Source: Eledone cirrhosa
Taxonomy: Eukaryota
DNA length: 64,000 bases
Assembly (NCBI GenBank): GCA_964016885.1
Contig: OZ024741.1
Coordinates: forward strand, 263,004,001 to 263,068,000
Direction of reading: 5' to 3'
Positions 54,401-64,000 of this stretch are shown here, piece by piece; positions within the stretch are counted from its first letter, which is position 1, and every line of letters begins with the position of its first letter. The notes beneath the pieces are model-generated. The model did not search any database and was not told the origin of the DNA. It saw only the letters and a program-made list of their open reading frames with translations. Position numbers and translations under genes: made by a program.

Positions 54401-57400
54401 CTTACGAGTGTTTCCGGCTTACGAGTGTTTCGACTTACGAGTGTTTTGACTTACGGTGTTTCGGCTTACGAGTGATTCGACTTACGAATGTTTTGACTTA
54501 CGGGTGTTTCGGCTTGCTAGTGTTTCGACTTACGAGTGTTTCGGCTTATGAGTGTTTCGACTTACTAATGTTTTTACTTACGAGTGTTCTGACTTACGAG
54601 TGTTCCGACTTACGAGTGTTCCGACTTACGAGTGTTTCGGCTTACGAGTGTTTCCGGCTTACGAGTGTTTCGACTTACGAGTGTTTCGACTTACGAGTGT
54701 TTTGACTTACGGTGTTTCGACTTACGAGTGATTCGACTTACGAGTGTTTTGACTTACGAGTGTTTTGACTTACGGGTGTTGTGAATTACGAGTGTTCCGA
54801 TTTACGAGTGTTTTGACTTACGGTGTTTCGGCTTACGAGTGATTCGACTTACGAATGTTTTGACTTACGGGTGTTTCGGCTTGCTATTGTTTCGACTTAC
54901 GAGTGTTTCGGCTTATGAGTGTTTCGACTTACTACTGTTTTTACTTACGAGTGTTTCGGCGTACGAGTGTTTTGACTTACGAGTGTTTCGAATTACGAGT
55001 GTTTTGACTTACGAATGTTTTGACATACGGGTGTTTCGGCTTACGAGTGTTTCGACTTACGAGTGTTTCGGCTTGCGAGTGTTTCGACTTACTAATGTTT
55101 TTACTTACGAGTTTTTCGGCGTACGAGTGTTTCGACTTACGAGTGTTTCGACTTACGGGTGTTTTGACTTAAGGGTGTTTCGACTTACAAGTGTTTCGAC
55201 TTACGAGTGTTTCGACTTACGAGTGTTCTGACTTACGAGTGTTCTGATTTACGGATGTTTCGACATACGAGTGTTTCGACTTACGAGTGTTTCGACTTAC
55301 GAGTGTTTTGACTTACGGGTGTTTTGACATACGAGTGATTCGATACGAGTGTTTCGACTTACGAGTGTTCTGACTTACGAGTGTTCTGACTTACGAGTGT
55401 TCTGACTTACGAGTGTTCTGATTTACGAGTGTTCCGACTTACGAGTGTTTCGGCTTACGAGTGTTTCGACTTACGGGTGTTTTGACTTACGGGTGTTTCG
55501 GCTTACGAGTGTTTCGGCTTATGATTGTTTCGACTTACGAGTGTTTTGACTTACGGTGTTTCAGCTTACGAGTGTTTCGACTTTCGAGTGTTTTGACTTA
55601 CGGGTGTTTTGACATACGAGTGTTTCGATACGAGTGTTCTGACTTACGAGTGTTCTGACTTACGAGTGTTTTGACTTACGAGTGTTCCGACTTACGAGTG
55701 TTCCGACTTACGAGTGTTTCGGCTTACGAGTGTTTCCGGCTTACGAGTGTTTCGACTTACGAGTGTTTTGACTTACGGTGTTTCGGCTTACGAGTGATTC
55801 GACTTACGAATGTTTTGACTTACGGGTGTTTCGGCTTGCTAGTGTTTCGACTTACGAGTGTTTCGGCTTATGAGTGTTTCGACTTACTACTGTTTTTACT
55901 TACGAGTGTTTCGGCGTACGAGTGTTTTGACTTACGAGTGTTTCGAATTACGAGTGTTTTGACTTACGAATGTTTTGACTTACGGGTGTTTCGGCTTACG
56001 AGTGTTTCGACTTACGAGTGTTTCGGCTTGCGAGTGTTTCGACTTACTAATGTTTTTAATTACGAGTTTTTCGGCGTACGAGTGTTTCGACTTACGAGTG
56101 TTTCGACTTACGGGTGTTTTGACTTAAGGGTGTTTCGACTTACAAGTGATTCGACTTACGAGTGTTTCGACTTACGAGTGTTTCGACTTACGAGTGTTTT
56201 GACTTACGGGTGTTTTGACATACGAGTGTTTCGATACGAGTGTTTCGACTTACGAGTGTTCTGACTTACGAGTGTTCTGACTTACGAGTGTTCTGACTTA
56301 CGAGTGTTCTGATTTACGAGTGTTCCGACTTACGAGTGTTTCGGCTTACGAGTGTTTCGGCTTACGAGTGTTTCGACTTACGAGTGTTTCGACTTACGAG
56401 TGTTCCGACTTACGGGTGTTTCGACTTACGAGTGGTTTGGCTTACGGTGTTTCGGCTTACGAGTGTTTCGAGTTACGAGTGTTTTGACTTACGCGTGTTT
56501 TGACATACGAGTGTTTCGATACGAGTGTTCTGACTTACGAGTGTTCTGACTTACGAGTGTTCTGACTTACGAGTGTTCCGACTTTACGAGTGTTTCGGCT
56601 CACGAGTGTTTCGGCTTACGAGTGATTCGACTTACGAGTGTTTTGAATTATGAGTGTTTCGACTTACGAGTGTTCTGACTTACGAGTGTTCTGACTTACG
56701 AGTGTTCCGACTTACGAGTGTTTCGGTTTACGAGTGTTTCGACATACGAGTGTTTTGACTTACGGGTGTTTCGACTTACGGGTGTTTCGACTTACGAGTG
56801 TTTCGGCTTACGAGTGTTTCGACTTACTAATGTTTTTACTTACGAGTGTTTCGGTGTACGAATGTTTTGACTTAAGGATGTTTCGACTTACGAGTGTTTC
56901 GACTTACGAGTGTTTCGGCTTACATGAGTTTCGACTTAAGAGTGTTCTGATTTACGAGTGTTCTGACTTGCGGGTGTTCTGATTTACGAGTGTTCCGACT
57001 TACGAGTGTTTCGGCTTATGAGTGTTTCGACTTACGAGTGTTTCGGCTTACGAGTGTTTCGACTTATGGGTGTTTCGACTTACGAGTGTTTTTACTTACG
57101 GTGTTTCGGCTTACGAGTGTTTCGATATACGAGTGTTTTGACTTACGGGTGTTTCGACTTACGAGTGTTTTGACTTACGAACGTTTTGACTTACGGGTGA
57201 ATCGGCTTACGAGTGTTTCGACTTACGAGTGTTTCGGCTTACGAGTGTTTCGACTTACTAATGTTTTTACTTACGAGTGTTTCGGCGTATGAGAGTTTTG
57301 ACTTACGAGTGTTTCGACTTACGAGTGTTTTGACTTACGGTGTTTCGACTTACGAGTGATTCGACTTACGAGTGTTTTGACTTACGAGTGTTTTGACTTA

Positions 57401-59850
57401 CGGGTGTTGTGAATTACGAGTGTTCCGATTTACGAGTGTTTTGACTTACGGTGTTTCGGCTTACGAGTGATTCGACTTACGAATGTTTTGACTTACGGGT
57501 GTTTCGGATTGCTAGTGTTTCGACTTACGAGTGTTTCGGCTTATGAGTGTTTCGACTTACTACTGTTTTTACTTACGAGTGTTTCGGCGTACGAGTGTTT
57601 TGACTTACGAGTGTTTCGAATTACGAGTGTTTTGACTTACGAATGTTTTGACATACGGGTGTTTCGGCTTACGAGTGTTTCGACTTACGAGTGTTTCGGC
57701 TTGCGAGTGTTTCGACTTACTAATGTTTTTACTTACGAGTTTTTCGGCGTACGAGTGTTTCGACTTACGAGTGTTTCGACTTACGGGTGTTTTGACTTAA
57801 GGGTGTTTCGACTTACAAGTGTTTCGACTTACGAGTGTTTCGACTTACGAGTGTTCTGACTTACGAGTGTTCTGATTTACGGATGTTTCGACATACGAGT
57901 GTTTCGACTTACGAGTGTTTCGACTTACGAGTGTTTTGACTTACGGGTGTTTTGACATACGAGTGTTTCGATACGAGTGTTTCGACTTACGAGTGTTCTG
58001 ACTTACGAGTGTTCTGACTTACGAGTGTTCTGACTTACGAGTGTTCTGATTTACGAGTGTTCCGACTTACGAGTGTTTCGGCTTACGAGTGTTTCGACTT
58101 ACGGGTGTTTTGACTTACGGGTGTTTCGGCTTACGAGTGTTTCGGCTTATGATTGTTTCGACTTACGAGTGTTTTGACTTACGGTGTTTCAGCTTACGAG
58201 TGTTTCGACTTTCGAGTGTTTTGACTTACGGGTGTTTTGACATACGAGTGTTTCGATACGAGTGTTCTGACTTACGAGTGTTCTGACTTACGAGTGTTTT
58301 GACTTACGAGTGTTCCGACTTACGAGTGTTCCGACTTACGAGTGTTTCGGCTTACGAGTGTTTCCGGCTTACGAGTGTTTCGACTTACGAGTGTTTTGAC
58401 TTACGGTGTTTCGGCTTACGAGTGATTCGACTTACGATGTTTTGACTTACGGGTGTTTCGGCTTGCGAGTGTTTCGACTTACGAGTGTTTCGGCTTATGA
58501 GTGTTTCGACTTACTAATGTTTTTAATTTACGAGTGTTCTGACTTACGAGTGTTCCGACTTACGAGTGTTCCTACTTACGAGTGTTTCGGCTTACGAGTG
58601 TTTCCGGCTTACGAGTGTTTCGACTTACGAGTGTTTCGACTTACGGGTGTTTTGACTTACGGTGTTTCGACTTACGAGTGATTCGACTTACGAGTGTTTT
58701 GACTTACGGGTGTTTTGATTTACGGGTGTTGTGAATTACGAGTGTTCCGATTTACGAGTGTTTTGACTTACGGTGTTTCGGCTTACGAGTGATTCGACTT
58801 ACGAATGTTTTGACTTACGGGTGTTTCGGCTTACGAGTGTTTCGACTTACGAGTGTTTCGGCTTACGAGTGTTTCGACTTACTAATGTTCTTACTTACGA
58901 GTGTTTCGGCGTACGAGAGTTTTGACTTACGAGTGTTTCGACTTACGAGTGTTTCGACTTACGAGTGTTTTGACTTACGAAAGTTTTGACTTACGGGTGT
59001 TTCGGCTTACGAGTGTTTCGACTTACGAGTCTTTCGGCTTACGAGTGTTTCGGCGTACGAGTGTTTCGACTTACGAGTGTTTCGACTTACGGGTGTTTTG
59101 ACTTACGGGTGTTTCGGCTTACGAGTGTTTCGGCTTATGATTGTTTCGACTTACGAGTGTTTTGACTTACGGTGTTTCAGATACGAGTGTTTTGACTTAC
59201 GAGTGTTTTGACTTACGGGTGTTTTGACATACGAGTGTTTCGATACGAGTGTTCTGACTTACGAGTGTTCTGACTTACGAGTGTTTTGACTTACGAGTGT
59301 TCTGACTTACGAGTGTTCCGACTTACGAGTGTTCCAACTTACGAGTGTTTCGGCTTACGAGTGTTTCCGGCTTACGAGTGTTTCGACTTAGGAGTGTTTT
59401 GACTTACGGTGTTTCGGCTTACGAGTGATTCGACTTACGAGTGTTTTGACTTACGGGTGTTTTGACTTACGGGTGTTGTGAATTACGAGTGTTCCGATTT
59501 ACGAGTGTTTTGACTTACGGTGTTTCGGCTTACGAGTGATTCGACTTACGAATGTTTTGACTTACGGGTGTTTCGGCTTGCGAGTGTTTCGACATACGAG
59601 TGTTTCGGCTTATGAGTGTTTCGACTTACTAATGTTTTTACTTACGAGTGTTCTGACTTACGAGTGTTCCGACTTACGAGTGTTCCGACTTACGAGTGTT
59701 TCGGCTTACGAGTGTTTCCGGCTTACGAGTGTTTCGACTTACGAGTGTTTCGACTTACGAGTGTTTTGACTTACGGTGTTTCGACTTACGAGTGATTCGA
59801 CTTACGAGTGTTTTGACTTACGAGTGTTTTGACTTACGGGTGTTGTTAAT

Positions 59851-62800
59851 TACGAGTGTTTCGGCTTATGAGTGTTTCGACTTACTACTGTTTTTACTTA
59901 CGAGTGTTTCGGCGTACGAGTGTTTTGACTTACGAGTGTTTCGAATTACGAGTGTTTTGACTTACGAATGTTTTGACATACGGGTGTTTCGGCTTACGAG
60001 TGTTTCGACTTACGAGTGTTTCGGCTTGCGAGTGTTTCGACTTACTAATGTTTTTACTTACGAGTTTTTCGGCGTACGAGTGTTTCGACTTACGAGTGTT
60101 TCGACTTACGGGTGTTTTGACTTAAGGGTGTTTCGACTTACAAGTGTTTCGACTTACGAGTGTTTCGACTTACGAGTGTTCTGACTTACGAGTGTTCTGA
60201 TTTACGGATGTTTCGACATACGAGTGTTTCGACTTACGAGTGTTTCGACTTACGAGTGTTTTGACTTACGGGTGTTTTGACATACGAGTGATTCGATACG
60301 AGTGTTTCGACTTACGAGTGTTCTGACTTACGAGTGTTCTGACTTACGAGTGTTCTGACTTACGAGTGTTCTGATTTACGAGTGTTCCGACTTACGAGTG
60401 TTTCGGCTTACGAGTGTTTCGACTTACGGGTGTTTTGACTTACGGGTGTTTCGGCTTACGAGTGTTTCGGCTTATGATTGTTTCGACTTACGAGTGTTTT
60501 GACTTACGGTGTTTCAGCTTACGAGTGTTTCGACTTTCGAGTGTTTTGACTTACGGGTGTTTTGACATACGAGTGTTTCGATACGAGTGTTCTGACTTAC
60601 GAGTGTTCTGACTTACGAGTGTTTTGACTTACGAGTGTTCCGACTTACGAGTGTTCCGACTTACGAGTGTTTCGGCTTACGAGTGTTTCCGGCTTACGAG
60701 TGTTTCGACTTACGAGTGTTTTGACTTACGGTGTTTCGGCTTACGAGTGATTCGACTTACGAATGTTTTGACTTACGGGTGTTTCGGCTTGCTAGTGTTT
60801 CGACTTACGAGTGTTTCGGCTTATGAGTGTTTCGACTTACTACTGTTTTTACTTACGAGTGTTTCGGCGTACGAGTGTTTTGACTTACGAGTGTTTCGAA
60901 TTACGAGTGTTTTGACTTACGAATGTTTTGACTTACGGGTGTTTCGGCTTACGAGTGTTTCGACTTACGAGTGTTTCGGCTTGCGAGTGTTTCGACTTAC
61001 TAATGTTTTTAATTACGAGTTTTTCGGCGTACGAGTGTTTCGACTTACGAGTGTTTCGACTTACGGGTGTTTTCACTTAAGGGTGTTTCGACTTACAAGT
61101 GATTCGACTTACGAGTGTTTCGACTTACGAGTGTTCTGACTTACGAGTTTTCTGATTTACGGATGTTTCGACATACGAGTGTTTCGACTTACGAGTGTTC
61201 TGACTTACGAGTGTTCTGACTTACGAGTGTTCTGATTTACGAATGTTCCGACTTACGAGTGTTTCGGCTTACGAGTGTTTCGGCTTACGAGTGTTTCGAC
61301 TTACGAGTGTTTCGACTTACGAGTGTTCCGACTTACGGGTGTTTCGACTTACGAGTGGTTTGGCTTACGGTGTTTCGGCTTACGAGTGTTTCGGCTTATG
61401 AGTGTTTCGACTTACTACTGTTTTTACTTACGAGTGTTTCGGCGTACGAGTGTTTTGACTTACGAGTGTTTCGAATTACGAGTGTTTTGACTTACGAATG
61501 TTTTGACTTACGGGTGTTTCGGCTTACGAGTGTTTCGACTTACGAGTGTTTCGGCTTGCGAGTGTTTCGACTTACTAATGTTTTTAATTACGAGTTTTTC
61601 GGCGTACGAGTGTTTCGACTTACGAGTGTTTCGACTTACGGGTGTTTTCACTTAAGGGTGTTTCGACTTACAAGTGATTCGACTTACGAGTGTTTCGACT
61701 TACGAGTGTTCTGACTTACGAGTTTTCTGATTTACGGATGTTTCGACATACGAGTGTTTCGACTTACGAGTGTTCTGACTTACGAGTGTTCTGACTTACG
61801 AGTGTTCTGATTTACGAATGTTCCGACTTACGAGTGTTTCGGCTTACGAGTGTTTCGGCTTACGAGTGTTTCGACTTACGAGTGTTTCGACTTACGAGTG
61901 TTCCGACTTACGGGTGTTTCGACTTACGAGTGGTTTGGCTTACGGTGTTTCGGCTTACGAGTGTTTCGAGTTACGAGTGTTTTGACTTACGCGTGTTTTG
62001 ACATACGAGTGTTTCGATACGAGTGTTCTGACTTACGAGTGTTCTGACTTACGAGTGTTCTGACTTACGAGTGTTCCGACTTTACGAGTGTTTCGGCTCA
62101 CGAGTGTTTCGGCTTACGAGTGATTCGACTTACGAGTGTTTTGAATTATGAGTGTTTCGACTTACGAGTGTTCTGACTTACGAGTGTTCTGACTTACGAG
62201 TGTTCCGACTTACGAGTGTTTCGGCTTACGAGTGTTTCGACTTACTAATGTTTTTACTTACGAGTGTTTCGGTGTACGAATGTTTTGACTTAAGGATGTT
62301 TCGACTTACGAGTGTTTCGACTTACGAGTGTTTCGGCTTACATGAGTTTCGACTTAAGAGTGTTCTGATTTACGAGTGTTCTGACTTGCGGGTGTTCTGA
62401 TTTACGAGTGTTCCGACTTACGAGTGTTTCGGCTTATGAGTGTTTCGACTTACGAGTGTTTCGGCTTACGAGTGTTTCGACTTATGGGTGTTTCGACTTA
62501 CGAGTGTTTTTACTTACGGTGTTTCGGCTTACGAGTGTTTCGACATACGAGTGTTTTGACTTACGGGTGTTTCGACTTACGAGTGTTTTGACTTACGAAC
62601 GTTTTGACTTACGGGTGAATCGGCTTACGAGTGTTTCGACTTACGAGTGTTTCGGCTTACGAGTGTTTCGACTTACTAATGTTTTTACTTACGAGTGTTT
62701 CGGCGTATGAGAGTTTTGACTTACGAGTGTTTCGACTTACGAGTGTTTTGACTTACGGTGTTTCGACTTACGAGTGATTCGACTTACGAATGTTTTGACT

Positions 62801-64000
62801 TACGGGTGTTTCGGCTTGCTAGTGTTTCGACTTACGAGTGTTTCGGCTTATGAGTGTTTCGACTTACTACTGTTTTTACTTACGAGTGTTTCGGCGTACG
62901 AGTGTTTTGACTTACGAGTGTTTTGACTTACGGGTGTTGTGAATTACGAGTGTTCCGATTTACGAGTGTTTTGACTTACGGTGTTTCGGCTTACGAGTGA
63001 TTCGACTTACGAATGTTTTGACTTACGGGTGTTTCGGCTTGCTAGTGTTTCGACTTACGAGTGTTTCGGCTTATGAGTGTTTCGACTTACTACTGTTTTT
63101 ACTTACGAGTGTTTCGGCGTACGAGTGTTTTGACTTACGAGTGTTTCGAATTACGAGTGTTTTGACTTACGAATGTTTTGACATACGGGTGTTTCGGCTT
63201 ACGAGTGTTTCGACTTACGAGTGTTTCGGCTTGCGAGTGTTTCGACTTACTAATGTTTTTACTTACGAGTTTTTCGGCGTACGAGTGTTTCGACTTACGA
63301 GTGTTTCGACTTACGGGTGTTTTGACTTAAGGGTGTTTCGACTTACAAGTGTTTCGACTTACGAGTGTTTCGACTTACGAGTGTTCTGACTTACGAGTGT
63401 TCTGATTTACGGATGTTTCGACATACGAGTGTTTCGACTTACGAGTGTTTCGACTTACGAGTGTTTTGACTTACGGGTGTTTTGACATACGAGTGTTTCG
63501 ATACGAGTGTTTCGACTTACGAGTGTTCTGACTTACGAGTGTTCTGACTTACGAGTGTTCTGACTTACGAGTGTTCTGATTTACGAGTGTTCCGACTTAC
63601 GAGTGTTTCGGCTTACGAGTGTTTCGACTTACGGGTGTTTTGACTTACGGGTGTTTCGGCTTACGAGTGTTTCGGCTTATGATTGTTTCGACTTACGAGT
63701 GTTTTGACTTACGGTGTTTCAGCTTACGAGTGTTTCGACTTTCGAGTGTTTTGACTTACGGGTGTTTTGACATACGAGTGTTTCGATACGAGTGTTCTGA
63801 CTTACGAGTGTTCTGACTTACGAGTGTTTTGACTTACGAGTGTTCCGACTTACGAGTGTTCCGACTTACGAGTGTTTCGGCTTACGAGTGTTTCCGGCTT
63901 ACGAGTGTTTCGACTTACGAGTGTTTTGACTTACGGTGTTTCGGCTTACGAGTGATTCGACTTACGATGTTTTGACTTACGGGTGTTTCGGCTTGCGAGT
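59851..64000 (+). repeat. Third, partial copy of the distal part of the large HOR (matches ~54900-58470), with a private 575-bp duplication
   Basis: Offsets: 55461/60414=4953, 56990/62408=5418, 57467/62997=5530. Markers TACATGAG, GGGTGAATCGG and TACGATG each occur for the third time. GTTTTCACTTAAGGG occurs at ~61069 and ~61644. Confidence 0.85.

Larger units (their letters stand above)
47321..59850 (+). repeat. Right-domain large HOR copy B (~12.5 kb)
   Basis: Colinear with copy A. Offsets: 15548 (32656/48204), 15580 (33088/48668, 34521/50101), 12787 (40730/53517, 42884/55671) and 12723 (43629/56352, 46813/59536). Confidence 0.88.
1..64000 (+). repeat. 16-bp tandem satellite array, consensus GACTTACGAGTGTTTC, single orientation, extends beyond both window edges
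   Basis: The monomer is visible on every line. Common variants: TTTTGA, TTCTGA, TTCCGA, TTTCGG, TACGGG, TATGAG, TACTAATGTTTTT. Length variants: 14 bp (TTCGATACG), 15 bp (TACGGTG) and 17 bp (TTTCCGG, GACTTTACG). I saw no reverse-complement monomer (GAAACACTCGTAAGTC) on the + strand. Confidence 0.99.

Noticed and set aside
292-63816. All ORFs in the track (e.g. 223 aa at 9616-10287, 208 aa at 34521-35147) as a repetitive Cys-containing protein
   Set aside because: They are translations of a stop-free 16-bp repeat giving the same 16-aa cycle in all three frames. They begin at repeat-internal GTG/TTG and end at variant-derived stops (mostly CGA>TGA). 14-, 15- and 17-bp monomers shift frame freely.
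1-64000. Absence of minus-strand ORFs as a sign of coding-strand selection
   Set aside because: The reverse monomer GAAACACTCGTAAGTC contains TAA, which hits each frame every 48 bp.
1-64000. Telomerase-made telomeric repeat (G+T-rich strand; ACGGATGT and GGTGT variants recall budding-yeast telomere motifs)
   Set aside because: The consensus has no G-run, the motifs occur only in minority variants, and multi-kb HORs with inherited variants indicate recombinational amplification rather than templated addition. A subtelomeric location cannot be excluded.
1-64000. Synthetic construct or sequencing concatemer artefact
   Set aside because: Variants are reproduced in nested, hierarchically shared blocks, unlike random read error or designed DNA. 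Exact copy numbers of the largest duplications still need read support.

Overview
The whole 64-kb window is one head-to-tail satellite array of a 16-bp monomer (consensus GACTTACGAGTGTTTC; roughly 3,900-4,000 copies by length arithmetic), all in one orientation and running off both window ends. I can support no protein-coding gene, RNA gene, CRISPR array or classifiable transposon. The ORF track is a by-product of the repeat: the + strand consensus has no stop codon and 16 is not a multiple of 3, giving a cycling LRVFRLTSVSTYECFD peptide, while the - strand carries TAA in every monomer. Diagnostic monomer variants define nested higher-order repeats (HORs) with periods of 367, 555, 575, 623, 799, 1322, 1403, 2404, 2588, 2793, 3204, ~5,600, ~7,400 and ~12,700-16,200 bp, whose length differences reconcile exactly as in-register gains and losses of blocks. 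The only non-satellite DNA I found is a 69-bp AT-rich element present in 7 copies (25.1-51.4 kb), always at the same monomer position and in three alleles. The architecture suggests eukaryotic heterochromatic satellite (pericentromeric, centromeric or subtelomeric); I do not recognise the family or organism. HOR boundaries are approximate; periods come from ORF-track offsets and marker variants.
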